A stretch of DNA of 64,000 bases from an uncultured Verrucomicrobiaceae bacterium (lineage in GTDB: Bacteria; Pseudomonadota; Gammaproteobacteria; Pseudomonadales; CAMLJR01), in contig CAZWXW010000008.1 in NCBI GenBank assembly GCA_964638025.1, positions 12,285 through 76,284 of the forward strand. Reading direction: 5' to 3'. The first letter of the stretch is position 1, and every line of letters starts with the position of its first letter. A program made the position numbers and the translations under genes. The notes beneath the pieces were generated by a model, which worked only from the letters and a program-made list of their open reading frames with translations, did no database searches and had not been told where the DNA came from. Positions 37,611 to 47,875 of the stretch are shown in pieces.

Positions 37611-38027
37611 CTATTGATCCTCGTATTTCAGTTCGATGTGGGTCATCTCGCCATTCGGGCCCATCGGCGAGTCGTATTCGATTACCGAGCAGACCGGATT
37701 GGCGTGGCCGGCGAACAGTCGCGCTTCATCTTCCTTGATCAGGTCGAGGCGATCCGGCGAGGCGATGATGCGCTGCGAATTCTCGAAATCGTCGCGGCTG
37801 TTCCACCAGATTTCCATGATGCAGTCATAGCCGGGGTCGTGAACCTCGCCGGTGACCGGGTTCCTCTCCGGTTGCAGGTAGCGCCTTACGTAACGCACGG
37901 CATTGGGAAGCGACGGCGCGCGCCCCTGTCGTTTCGACAGCTGCGAGTGCTGCTGCTCGTAGTAGTCCATGAACTCGTCCAGGGTCATGTCCGGGCGTTT
38001 CCGGAAGAAACAGATTTGTTTGAACAT
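37611..38027 (-). CDS. EthD domain-containing protein
   Basis: 'MFKQICFFRKRPDMTLDEFMDYYEQQHSQL' is typical of the EthD family N-terminus. There is a 1-nt gap to the downstream DUF385 gene. Confidence 0.7.
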   Translation of the reverse strand: MFKQICFFRKRPDMTLDEFMDYYEQQHSQLSKRQGRAPSLPNAVRYVRRYLQPERNPVTGEVHDPGYDCIMEIWWNSRDDFENSQRIIASPDRLDLIKEDEARLFAGHANPVCSVIEYDSPMGPNGEMTHIELKYEDQ

Positions 38028-38163
38028 GGCGTCACCCGCTTGTTTTTATTGATGGCCAAGGAAGCCGCCTCGCGGCGGCAGACAGTGTGCCCGGGCGGTG
38101 TTATGTTTCCCAATGCATATTTGGTTTGGATCCATGTGATTTTGTTATGGGTGTGGCGTTTCG

Positions 38164-39042
38164 ATGGAATTGTCGATAGGCAAGTTGCAGCAACTGGTGA
38201 CGGTGGCGCGCACCGGCAGCTTCTCCAAGGCGGCGGTAGAGCTGAACATCAGCCAGCCGGCGCTCAGTCGCAGCATTGCGGCGATCGAGGATCGCTACGG
38301 CTTCCAGATATTCAATCGCATGGGGCACGGCGTGCAGCTGACGGCGGCGGGCGTACAGGTCATCGAGCTGGCGCAGCCGCTGCTGCAGCGCATGCATGTG
38401 TTCGACAACAACCTGCGGCTGTTCGGTGCCGGCAAGGGCGGGACGCTGGCGGTCGGGCTGGCGCCGCTGCTGGCGAGTCAGGCGCTGGCGCAATTCGCCA
38501 TCGAGTTCTTTGGCGCATCGACCCGGGCGCAACTGCAGGTGGTGATTCGCTCAGGCGCGATCCTGGTCGAAAGTTTGCGCAATGCGTCAATCGAGCTGTT
38601 CTTCTTTCCCGAGGGGTATATCGAGGCCGATCCGGAGATCGACGTCGAGGCGGTGGGCAGCATCGCTCCGCTGTGCGTGGTTCGCCGCGACCATCCACTG
38701 GCCGGGAAAAAGAAGCTGACGCTGGAAGCGCTGGCCGATTTTCCATGGGCCAGTTCGGTGGCCCCGGCGGTGATCGAGGAGGTTCTGCACCCCGTGCAGT
38801 TCATCTGCGACAACTACCACATCCTGCGCGACACGGTGCTCGGCAGCGATCTCGTCTGCATCTGCACGGCGGCGTTCGTGGCCGATCAGCTGGCCGATGG
38901 TTCGTTGCGGGAAATTCGGGTGGAGGGATTGCCGCTGCCGACGACGACGATCTACACGGCGAAACTGCATGGGCGTGTCAGATCGCCGTTGGCGGAAGAG
39001 GCTGTCAGGCAGATGCGACAGCAGCTGAGTGAACGATACTGA
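38164..39042 (+). CDS. LysR-family transcriptional regulator
   Basis: N-terminal HTH 'LQQLVTVARTGSFSKAAVELNISQPALSRSIAAIE' followed by a substrate-binding domain. Confidence 0.9.
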   Translation: MELSIGKLQQLVTVARTGSFSKAAVELNISQPALSRSIAAIEDRYGFQIFNRMGHGVQLTAAGVQVIELAQPLLQRMHVFDNNLRLFGAGKGGTLAVGLAPLLASQALAQFAIEFFGASTRAQLQVVIRSGAILVESLRNASIELFFFPEGYIEADPEIDVEAVGSIAPLCVVRRDHPLAGKKKLTLEALADFPWASSVAPAVIEEVLHPVQFICDNYHILRDTVLGSDLVCICTAAFVADQLADGSLREIRVEGLPLPTTTIYTAKLHGRVRSPLAEEAVRQMRQQLSERY

Positions 39043-39048
39043 GCTGGT

Positions 39049-39954
39049 TTATCGGATGGTTCGTGCCTGCGCCGACATCAGCCGCTGAATGTCCCGCCCC
39101 GGCGGGTTGCCGAACAGGCGGGCATATTCGCGGCTGAACTGCGACGGGCTTTCATAACCGACGCGATAGGCTGTGCTGGCGGCATCCTGCATCTCCGCCA
39201 GCATGATCTGTCGCGCTTCCATCAGCCGCAGTCGCTTCTGATACTGCAGCGGACTCATCGCTGTGACCGCTTTGAAGTGAGCGTGGAATGAAGAGACGCT
39301 CATGCCGATCTGATCGGCCAGTGCCTCCACCTTGATCGGTTTGTCGTAGTTCGACTTGAGTTGCCTGATGGCGGTGGCGATGCGCTGCATGTGGCTACCG
39401 CTCTGGGCGAGCTGCGCGATCATCGTGCCGTGCTCGCCGTTCAGCAGTCGATAGTAGATTTCCCGCTTGATCATCGGCGCCAGCAGCGCAATGTCCTGCG
39501 GCGCTTTCAGCAGGCGTGCCAGACGCAACACCGGGTCGCTGAGCGTGCCATCCATATTGCCGACAAAAATGCCGCGTCTGGCTGATGCCCTCCGATCGAC
39601 CGGCAGGCGCGCCTGAACCAGCAGCTCGGCCAGCTGGTGCTGATCCAGCCCAATCTGTAGACACAGGTAGGGTTTGCTCCTGCTCGCCTCCGTCACTTCG
39701 CCAATGACCGGCAGGTCGACAGACACGGCCAGATATTCGGATGGCTGATAGTCATACGCCTCGTCTTCCAGCAACACCCGCTTTTTGCCCTGCACGATGA
39801 CGCACAGACAGGGCGTGTAAACGCTCGGCAGTCGCGCATTTGGTGCGCTGAAGGAAATGCAGTTCACGCCGGCAATGGCGGTTCCATGAATGCCGTCTCC
39901 GTCGGAGAATTCGTCAATGAGGGCGGAGAGCTCCCTGATCTGATATTTGTTCAT
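39049..39954 (-). CDS. AraC-family transcriptional regulator
   Basis: C-terminal HTH_18 region 'LADQIGMSVSSFHAHFKAVTAMSPLQYQKRLRLMEARQIM...YESPSQFSREYARLFG'. Confidence 0.9.
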   Translation of the reverse strand: MNKYQIRELSALIDEFSDGDGIHGTAIAGVNCISFSAPNARLPSVYTPCLCVIVQGKKRVLLEDEAYDYQPSEYLAVSVDLPVIGEVTEASRSKPYLCLQIGLDQHQLAELLVQARLPVDRRASARRGIFVGNMDGTLSDPVLRLARLLKAPQDIALLAPMIKREIYYRLLNGEHGTMIAQLAQSGSHMQRIATAIRQLKSNYDKPIKVEALADQIGMSVSSFHAHFKAVTAMSPLQYQKRLRLMEARQIMLAEMQDAASTAYRVGYESPSQFSREYARLFGNPPGRDIQRLMSAQARTIR

Positions 39955-40168
39955 GACCGCTGAAATAGCCTTGAAAAGTCTGGGGGAGGTTATCGCTGGT
40001 GCCGCTCAATATCCACGGAGTTGGAGGAGTAGGCAATAACGGTGGAAATCTGTGTATCGGTGAAAAGGCACTGTCTCGATACTGTGTCCTCCATCAGCCG
40101 GGTGGCTGAATTGCAGGTCACACCCAACCGCCAATCCACGATGCAGACAATGTTTGGGGATCACGACG

Positions 40169-40912
40169 ATGGAAAACGCAAAAGAGAAAGTGGTACTGAT
40201 CACCGGCGCCAGCAGCGGTATCGGCGAGGCGACCGCCAGAGTGCTGGCTGCCAGCGGCGCGAAAGTCGTTCTCGGCGCCCGCCGCACCGAGCGGCTGGAG
40301 GCGATCGCCAGCGATATTCGCAACGCCGGTGGTACTGCAGAGTTTCAGCGGCTGGATGTCGCTGACGCGCAATCGGTGGCAGCGTTTGTCGCGTTCGCGG
40401 CAGCGCGCTTCGGGCGCGTCGATGTGCTGTTCAACAACGCCGGCATTATGCCGCTGTCGCCGATGAATGCCCTGAAGACGAGCGAATGGAACGACATCAT
40501 CGATATCAATATCAAAGGCGTGCTGAATGGCATCGCGGCGGTGCTGCCGATCATGGAGGCGCAGGGTCATGGGCAGATCATCAACACCGCTTCGACCGGT
40601 GCCCATGCCGTCGGCGCTTCGTGCGCCGTCTACTGCGCCAGCAAATACGCTGTTCGCGCCATCAGCGAGGGGCTGCGTCAGGAGACCGACAAGATTCGGG
40701 TCACGGTGATCTCGCCCGGCGTCACCACCACTGAGCTGGGGCACGACATCACCGACGCCAATGCCGCAGAGCTGCTGACCCAGCTGCGCACCACGTCGCT
40801 GTCGCCGGAAGCGGTTGCGAACGCCGTGCTGTTTGCCATCTCGCAACCAGCCGGTGTAGATGTGAACGAGCTGGTCATCCGCACGGTGGCGAGTCACGGT
40901 CACGCGTTCTAG
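40169..40912 (+). CDS. SDR-family oxidoreductase
   Basis: 'VVLITGASSGIGEA' (TGxxxGxG), 'NNAG' and 'YCASKYAV' (YxxxK). Confidence 0.9.
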   Translation: MENAKEKVVLITGASSGIGEATARVLAASGAKVVLGARRTERLEAIASDIRNAGGTAEFQRLDVADAQSVAAFVAFAAARFGRVDVLFNNAGIMPLSPMNALKTSEWNDIIDINIKGVLNGIAAVLPIMEAQGHGQIINTASTGAHAVGASCAVYCASKYAVRAISEGLRQETDKIRVTVISPGVTTTELGHDITDANAAELLTQLRTTSLSPEAVANAVLFAISQPAGVDVNELVIRTVASHGHAF

Positions 40913-41163
40913 ATTGGCGGCGCAGTGGCGATTCTTCTGGATGACAAGGCTGGCTGGATCAATGCGCAACGCATCGAAGTATCGGGCGGGCAGGGCATCT
41001 GATCGAGGCGTTCCGATCAGGCCGGATCGTGTCGATAACTGGCCGTTGCCCGGCGGCGTGCATTGCTTAATCGCGGCTTCGGAAATATGTTCTCGAACGA
41101 TCTGCGTTGATTGCGAGTCCGTCGTTGGTCGGCGCGCCAATTCAAGCGTTTAGGGGCACTGTC

Positions 41164-41958
41164 ATGGTGAGTGTGGGGCTGGGTCAGCTGACAGCTATCG
41201 ATGTGAGTCCCGTCGAATATATTTCGATCGCGGCGGAAGCGGGTTGTCAGGCCGTTTCCCTGTTTGTCCAACAGCCGGGTGGGCAGGGGAAGTTTCCGCT
41301 GACCAGTCGGGACAATCTCGACGCCGTGCAGCAGCGGCTGCGCGCCACCGGGCTGCAGGTGGCAAGCGTGGAGTGCTTCATGTTGGTTCCCAATGTCGAT
41401 GTCGAGACCTGGCGCCCCGCGCTGGCGCTGGGTGCGGAGCTGGGTGCCAAAGGGGCGACGGCGCTGCTCTACGATGGCGATGAAGCGCGGGTCATTCGCA
41501 ATCTCTCGCGCCTGTGTCAGCTGGCGGAGGAGGTGGGGCTGCGTATCAACGTCGAATTCATGCCGCTGGCACCGACGGGTAAAACTGTTCACACCGCAGC
41601 CGAACTGATCAGAAAGGTTGGCGCGCCCAACCTCGGTCTCTGCATCGACCTGCTGCACCTGATCCGCTCCGGCGGTACGCCGGCGGATGTCGCTGCAATC
41701 GATCCGAACCTGATTTATTGCGTGCAGCTGTGCGACAGCATGGATTTGAGTGTCACGACGGATTACGCACGGGAAGCGGGCGCTGAGCGCCTCGCACCGG
41801 GTGAAGGGAAATTTCCCGTGCAGGCGTTTCTGAAAGCGCTGCCTGCCGGCACGCTCATCGAGCTTGAGGTACCACAGCCGGCGGATCGTCCGGCGAGCGA
41901 CCGGGTCGAGAGAATTGTGTTGGCGGCAAGACGGCAGATTGATTTGGCGGAGATGTGA
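41164..41958 (+). CDS. Sugar phosphate isomerase/epimerase (xylose isomerase-like TIM barrel)
   Basis: 265-aa ORF. Blocks 'EAGCQAVSLF', 'INVEFMP' and 'LGLCIDLLHL' fit the AP-endonuclease-2/TIM-barrel family. Confidence 0.65.
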   Translation: MVSVGLGQLTAIDVSPVEYISIAAEAGCQAVSLFVQQPGGQGKFPLTSRDNLDAVQQRLRATGLQVASVECFMLVPNVDVETWRPALALGAELGAKGATALLYDGDEARVIRNLSRLCQLAEEVGLRINVEFMPLAPTGKTVHTAAELIRKVGAPNLGLCIDLLHLIRSGGTPADVAAIDPNLIYCVQLCDSMDLSVTTDYAREAGAERLAPGEGKFPVQAFLKALPAGTLIELEVPQPADRPASDRVERIVLAARRQIDLAEM

Positions 41959-41961
41959 CCC

Positions 41962-42603
41962 ATGACCGGATCGGTCAACAGCGAAGAGATTCGTGGTGTC
42001 GAGTTCGACATCGATGCGCGCGAAGCGGAGATCATCGGCAAGCCGCAGCGCATCAAGTCGCTGAAGAAAGACGAGCTCGATGACGAGGCGCTGGCGCTGA
42101 TCGCAAGGCTGCGCGAATCGCTGAACAGCATGACCTCGGATATGTCCGAAGTGTTTGGCCTGATGCTGCGGCACCCGGGTCTCTTTCAATGCCAGATGGA
42201 TACGGCGTTCCAGCTGGTTGGCAACGGTGTGATTGATCGCCGCGACCGCGAGCTGGCGATTCTGCGCGTGGCCTGGTGGTGTCGTGCGCCTTATGAATGG
42301 GGTGAGCATGTTCGCGTCGCGAAGCGTTACGGCATCAGCGAGGAGGAGATTGCGCGGGTGCGAAACGGTTCATCTGCCCCGGGCTGGAGCGATCACGAGC
42401 GCGCGATTCTGCGAGGTGTCGAAGAGTTGCTTGGCGATCAGATGATCTCCGATGCAACGTGGGATGTATTGGCGCGCACCTGGAACGAAAAGCAGCTGAT
42501 GGAGTTTCCCTACCTGGTAGGACAGTATTTTCTTACCGCGTTGCAGCAGAACTCGCTACGCGTCGGGTTGGACAAATACAACATCGGATTGCGTCAAAGC
42601 TGA
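41962..42603 (+). CDS. Carboxymuconolactone decarboxylase (AhpD-like) family protein
   Basis: 'RELAILRVAWWCRAPYEWGEHVRVAKRYGISEEEI' matches the CMD-domain pattern. It starts 3 nt after the preceding gene. Confidence 0.7.
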   Translation: MTGSVNSEEIRGVEFDIDAREAEIIGKPQRIKSLKKDELDDEALALIARLRESLNSMTSDMSEVFGLMLRHPGLFQCQMDTAFQLVGNGVIDRRDRELAILRVAWWCRAPYEWGEHVRVAKRYGISEEEIARVRNGSSAPGWSDHERAILRGVEELLGDQMISDATWDVLARTWNEKQLMEFPYLVGQYFLTALQQNSLRVGLDKYNIGLRQS

Positions 42604-42627
42604 ATCCTGCGTTCTGGCTGTGTTGAT

Positions 42628-43257
42628 CTACTTTTCCTGCAACCGCTGCTGCGCAACTTTCCAGTCTTGTTCAGACATGGCGAGCCGGAAGCCGATATGT
42701 GACATCGGGTTGAATGGGTCGTTGCCGCGTCGGGCACTCGGTCGATAACTGGTGCAGTAGTCTTCGCTGCACAGGAAGGATCCGCCGCGAATGACACGGC
42801 TGGGAGCGCTCTTGGGTGCGGAGTGCGTATCTGCGTTATGGCTGTCCAAGGGGCCGGTCGGGTTTGCTGACACAGGTATATGTGCGGCGAGCTGAAACGC
42901 ATCGGATCGGTACCAGTCCGCCACCCATTGCCAGGCATTCCCGGCCATGTCGTAGAGACCGTAGCCATTGGGCGAATAGGCTTTGACGGGCGTGGTGCCG
43001 GCAATGCCGAGTGTTTTGCTGGTGACAACCGGGAAGGGGTCCTAACGTTTACCCATCGAGCGGCGCGTACCGTAGGGCGCGGGCGGCGGTTTCTGGTCCA
43101 CACCGTAACGATGGGTGCCAGCGCGCGCGGTGCCACCGTTGGCCTTGTCGCGCAGCACGGCGCGAATGGTCTCGGCGGCTTTGACGGGGCCGGTGGTCTC
43201 CGTCGTTGCTTCGGGAGCGATGGCCGCAGGCGTGGAATCGTGAGTGTTCTTCGACAT
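42628..43257 (-). pseudogene. Formylglycine-generating-enzyme (SUMF1/EgtB/PvdO) family gene, 5'-truncated, with an in-frame TAG
   Basis: '[27 protein letters not shown]...[23 protein letters not shown]...GFRLA' is the C-terminal half of the FGE fold. An in-frame TAG lies at 43042..43044. The N-terminal half of the domain is absent. Confidence 0.65.
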
Positions 43258-43398
43258 GACTGAATGAGGCAAGGGCTTGGGGGCCGGCATTATAGCCTCC
43301 GGGCGATCTGGCTCGTCACTTCCTGGAACGCCGGGACATCCATGACATCGAGGTGGCGCTCGCAAGGGACGAGGATCTTGCTTTCGGTTAAAGGGATG

Positions 43399-46300
43399 TC
43401 AATTGACCGGTGCCTGGCGTTTGCCAAACAACTTGCCGACCCTCATCTCCAAACCGTGAATATAAGTGAACGTGACGGGCACCACGAGCAGACTGAGCGC
43501 AGTGGACGTAATGAGACCGCCGATCACCGAAATCGCCATCGGCTGACGAAAGCTCGCATCGCCGCCAAAACCCAGGGCAATGGGCACCATGCCGGCAATC
43601 ATGGCGATGGTGGTCATCACGATCGGGCGCGCGCGTTTGTGGCAGGCGTCGATGATCGCGTCATGCCGGTTGAGGCCGTGCTCTCGCATGTCGACGATGG
43701 TGTATTCCACCAGCAGAATCGAGTTCTTGGTGACGATGCCCAGCAGCATCACGATGCCGATCAGGGCCGGCAGCGCCAGTTGTTCACCGGTGAGCAGCAG
43801 CGCGACCACGGCACCACCGATGGATAACGGGATCGCCGACAGAATCGTGATCGGCTGGTAAAAATCCTTGAACAGCAGTACCAGAACGCAGAATACGCAG
43901 AGCACGCCGATGCCGATGGCTGCGCCGAAGTTGGAAAACAGTTCCCTCATGATTTCGGCATCACCGGTTTCGATGAGTTTGACACTGGAGGGCATGCCGG
44001 TGATGGCAGGCAGTGCTTTGGCGCTTTCGAGCGCCTTGCCAAGCGGCGAACCGCCGAGGTCGGCGTTGACGGTGACGAAACGCTGGCGGTCGTAGCGGTC
44101 GATTTGCGAGGGGCCGGTGCTGGTGGAGATGTCGGCGACGGTGGCCAGCGACGTGGTGCCGTTGCGTGTCGGTACGCGCAGGTTGGACAGCGTTGCGAGG
44201 TCCTGACGTGCGGTATCGGCGAGACGCACGCGGATGTAAACCTGCCGGCTGTCGAGATTCATCTTGGAGAGCTGGGCATCGAAATCCCCCGCCGTCGCTA
44301 TTCGCACGGTATCGCCGATGGTCTGACTGGTGACCCCCAATTCCGCCGCGCGCGCCCGGTCGGGCCGCACCACGATTTCAGGGCGATCGAGGCTCGCCGT
44401 GGTGCTGATATTGCTCAGCCCGGCAATGCCGCGAAGTTGCTGGGCAAGGTTTTGTGCGGTAACGGTCAATGCCGAGGCGTTATCGCTCGCCAGCAGGATG
44501 GCGACCTTTTCGCCGGGACCGCCTGAACTCAACGCAAAGCGCGCACCGGGCACTGTCGCCAGCTGCGCGCGAATATCGTTTTCGATGGCGTTCTGACTGC
44601 GGCGTTTGCCGCGCTCGCCGAATACCACCACCAGATTGCCCCGGCGCACTTCACCGGCCTGCTCCAGTCCGGCACCGCCTGCCACCTGCATTTCGCCAAC
44701 GGTTGTGAACACATGGTCGATGTCGGCGATATTCTTGAGCGCGTGGCGCGCCATTTCGGCGGTGGCCAGTGTGCGTTCGAGCGAGCTGCCGGGCGGTAAC
44801 TCGACGGTGACGGTGGTGTAGCCGCGATCCGCGGGCGGAATGAAACCGGCGGGCAGCGTCGCCATCAATCCGAGCGATGCCACGAAGAACAACGTCGCCG
44901 AAATCATCGTGGTCTTGCGATGGGCGAGACACCAGTTCACCGCTCGCAGGTAATTGCGCATGATCGCGCCGTCCGGTTTTTCTGGCGCAGAGTCGGCCTT
45001 CAGGAAATAGACCGCCATGACGGGCGTGACCAGACGCGCGACCAGCAGCGATGCCAGCACAGAAATGACGATCGTCCAGCCAAACTCCCTGAAAACCTTC
45101 CCCGACACGCCGCTCATCAGCGAGGTCGGCATGAACACCACCACCAGCGCGAAGGTGGTCGCCAGCACGGCCAGCGCAATTTCGCTGACGGCATCTTCCG
45201 CCGCCTTGCGCACCGGTTTTCCCATGTGCTTGTGACGGACGATGTTCTCGACTTCGACGATGGCATCGTCGACCAGAATGCCGACCACCACCGCGAGGGC
45301 GAGCATGGTCAGGGTATTCAGCGAAAATCCCAGCCAGTGGATAGCGGCGAACGTCGGGATGATCGACAGCGGCAGTGCCACCGCCGAAATCAGCGTCGCG
45401 CGCCAGTCGCGCAGGAAGAACCAGACGACGATGACGGCGAGGATCGCGCCCTCGTACAGCATGTGCATCGAGCCGTCGTACTGTTCGAGCGTGTAATCGA
45501 CCGGGTTGTTGACCAGCGTGACGGACAGATCCGGATAAGCCTGTTTCAGCTTTTCAAGCTCGGCAACGACGTCGCGGGTGATCTCCGTTTCGTCGAACCC
45601 CTTGGCGCGATAGAAACGAAAACCCACGGTGGGTTTGCCATCCAGCAGCGCCTGCTGGGTGCGCTCGGCGAAGGTGTCGCTGATGGTGGCCACCTGATCG
45701 AGACGCACCGTGCGTCCGTCGAGCAGCGCGATCGGCATCGCCGCGAGATCGGCGGCGCGCGCGACGGTCGCCACCGTGCGCACCGATTGTTCGACCTGAC
45801 CAATCTGGGTGCGGCCGCCCGACGACTCCATCTGCACCTGCTTCAGCGCGCGGGAGATTTCGGTGGCGCTGACGCCGAGCGCCGCCATTTTCACCGGGTC
45901 GACGGTAATACGCATCTCGCGATTGACGCCGCCGATCCGTTCGAACTTACCGACGCCTTTGACGGCGAGCAGTGTTTTTCCGATGGTGTCCTCGACGAAC
46001 CATGACAATGCTTCCTCGTCCATTTTGGTGGAGGAAATTGCATAGGTGGAGAGTGGCTCGGAGGCGATATGGACGGCGCTGACGGCGGGCTGCAGCAGGT
46101 CGGCGGGCAGATCGGAACGCACGCTGTCGACCGCGTCCTTGGTTTCGATCAGCGCCTCGGACAGCGGCTTTTCCAGCACGAATTCGACGGTAATCGTCAC
46201 GGTGCCGTCGGTGATCGCGGTGCTGATGTGCTTGAGGCCCGACAGCGTCGCCAGCGAATCCTCGACCTTGCGCGCGACCTCGGTTTCGAGCTGCGACGGT

Positions 46301-46464
46301 GCCGCACCGGGCAGGCTCAGCCGGATGTTTACCGCCGGCAGATCCATATCCGGGAAGTTCTGGATCGGCAGCGCGCGGAAGCCGATCACGCCCGCCAGTG
46401 TCAGCAGCATGAACAGCAGGATCGAAGGAATCGGATTGCGGATCGACCAGGTGGCGAAGTTCAT
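43399..46464 (-). CDS. RND efflux transporter permease (AcrB/HAE1-like)
   Basis: 1021 aa, 12-TM architecture. N-terminus 'MNFATWSIRNPIPSILLFMLLTLAG'. The start overlaps the stop of the upstream adaptor gene. Confidence 0.92.
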   Translation of the reverse strand: MNFATWSIRNPIPSILLFMLLTLAGVIGFRALPIQNFPDMDLPAVNIRLSLPGAAPSQLETEVARKVEDSLATLSGLKHISTAITDGTVTITVEFVLEKPLSEALIETKDAVDSVRSDLPADLLQPAVSAVHIASEPLSTYAISSTKMDEEALSWFVEDTIGKTLLAVKGVGKFERIGGVNREMRITVDPVKMAALGVSATEISRALKQVQMESSGGRTQIGQVEQSVRTVATVARAADLAAMPIALLDGRTVRLDQVATISDTFAERTQQALLDGKPTVGFRFYRAKGFDETEITRDVVAELEKLKQAYPDLSVTLVNNPVDYTLEQYDGSMHMLYEGAILAVIVVWFFLRDWRATLISAVALPLSIIPTFAAIHWLGFSLNTLTMLALAVVVGILVDDAIVEVENIVRHKHMGKPVRKAAEDAVSEIALAVLATTFALVVVFMPTSLMSGVSGKVFREFGWTIVISVLASLLVARLVTPVMAVYFLKADSAPEKPDGAIMRNYLRAVNWCLAHRKTTMISATLFFVASLGLMATLPAGFIPPADRGYTTVTVELPPGSSLERTLATAEMARHALKNIADIDHVFTTVGEMQVAGGAGLEQAGEVRRGNLVVVFGERGKRRSQNAIENDIRAQLATVPGARFALSSGGPGEKVAILLASDNASALTVTAQNLAQQLRGIAGLSNISTTASLDRPEIVVRPDRARAAELGVTSQTIGDTVRIATAGDFDAQLSKMNLDSRQVYIRVRLADTARQDLATLSNLRVPTRNGTTSLATVADISTSTGPSQIDRYDRQRFVTVNADLGGSPLGKALESAKALPAITGMPSSVKLIETGDAEIMRELFSNFGAAIGIGVLCVFCVLVLLFKDFYQPITILSAIPLSIGGAVVALLLTGEQLALPALIGIVMLLGIVTKNSILLVEYTIVDMREHGLNRHDAIIDACHKRARPIVMTTIAMIAGMVPIALGFGGDASFRQPMAISVIGGLITSTALSLLVVPVTFTYIHGLEMRVGKLFGKRQAPVN

Positions 46465-47588
46465 CGCTGCGCGTCCGTCTCCCCGACCACACGCACGGTG
46501 TCGCCTTCATTCAGGAATCCCGCGCCTTGCATGACCACGCGCGCGCCGCTATCGAGGCCATCGGTGATTTCGACGTCGCTGCCGTTATGGCGTCCCGTCG
46601 TTACCGGTTGCTGCGCAACCTTGTACACCGCCTCACCGTTGCGCGTATCGCCAGTGGGCGTGCCGCCGACGGTGAAAACATAGGTGCGGCCATCGCGAAT
46701 GATGACGCTGACGGCGGGCACGACCAGAGCCGGCCGCGTCTGCATGGAAATCGTACCGCTGGCATACATGCCGGCATGCGCGCTGCTGCCGGGCAGAATA
46801 TCGGCATACGCAATCGCCATGCGCGATTGTGCATCGAGCGATGGCGACAGCTGGCGAATGGTCGCTTGCGCCGTACTGCGATCAGGCAGGACAAGCACGA
46901 CCGCCTGACCGGTTTTGACCTGGGACAGTTGCTCGGCGCTGAGCTCACCGCGCCATTCCAGACGACCATTCAGAATCAGGCGGAATAACTCGCCACCCAC
47001 GGCGCCGATGGCGCCCAGCGTTGCGCTGCGGGCGCTGATGATGCCGTCCTCCGGGGCAACAATCGTGGCATAGCGCACTTGCAGTTTTTTGGCTTCGAGC
47101 CGTGCCTTCGCGATCGCTGCCTGATTGACGTAACTGCCTATTTGCTGGCGGCTCAGCGCCCCCTTTCCTTCCAGGGCAGTGGCGCGCGCGCCGTCAGCCT
47201 CCGCCTGTTGCCACGCGGCCTGCAGCTCGGCCTGCTCGGCTTGCAACGTATCCGAGTTATAGCGCGCGAGCACCTCGCCCTTTTTTACCCGGTCACCGAC
47301 ATTGACCCGCAGCTCGATCAACCGCTGCCCCGAAATTTCCGAACCGATGATCGCTTCCTGCCACGCCACGATCGGACCGGAAACCTCCACGGTTTCCGGC
47401 CAGTCCGCCAGGGTGGCGGTGGCGATCTGTACGGTCAGTGCTGGTGCCGCCTGTGGTGCCGGCTTCTCCTCTTTCTTTGCGTCGCAACCGTGCATGGACG
47501 CAAGGATGGGCACCGCCGCCAGCGCGACAACGGGAATTAGCCACCAGCGGTGCTGACGGCCACGGCTGAGAGAAGACGTTGAGGTCAT
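46461..47588 (-). CDS. RND efflux periplasmic adaptor (MFP) subunit
   Basis: Start MTSTSS. Lipobox-like 'ASMHGC'. Coiled-coil and beta-barrel pattern ('VKKGEVLARYNSDTLQAEQAELQAA'). No outer-membrane factor gene is adjacent. Confidence 0.88.
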   Translation of the reverse strand: MTSTSSLSRGRQHRWWLIPVVALAAVPILASMHGCDAKKEEKPAPQAAPALTVQIATATLADWPETVEVSGPIVAWQEAIIGSEISGQRLIELRVNVGDRVKKGEVLARYNSDTLQAEQAELQAAWQQAEADGARATALEGKGALSRQQIGSYVNQAAIAKARLEAKKLQVRYATIVAPEDGIISARSATLGAIGAVGGELFRLILNGRLEWRGELSAEQLSQVKTGQAVVLVLPDRSTAQATIRQLSPSLDAQSRMAIAYADILPGSSAHAGMYASGTISMQTRPALVVPAVSVIIRDGRTYVFTVGGTPTGDTRNGEAVYKVAQQPVTTGRHNGSDVEITDGLDSGARVVMQGAGFLNEGDTVRVVGETDAQR

Positions 47589-47875
47589 GATTATTACTTT
47601 GGTTTGTGGGGACTTACGGGAGGGTTTTTCAATACGTGCGAAAAGTAACACGGCTGACGGCCTATTGCGCGAAAGCCTTCGCGCGCCCCGCGTGGCAGCG
47701 CACGCTGAGCCTCTGCGCCGAGCGGCAGGGCGTGGAGGCTGTGTCCCCATATGGGGATATGCAGGGCTTCACCTCCTGAGAGATCTTCCCTGAATCCGAT
47801 CCGCTGACCTTGCATGTGCACCTGCCCATGTCGGTCGGCAGAGATTCCATACGGGACAAATCAAGGGGGGTGTTT

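Noticed and set aside
43042-43044. The in-frame TAG in the FGE-like gene as programmed read-through or pyrrolysine.
   Set aside because: - No pyl genes or recoding signals are visible.
- The gene also lacks its N-terminal half.
- The neighbourhood is full of other decayed genes, so a pseudogene is the simpler reading.
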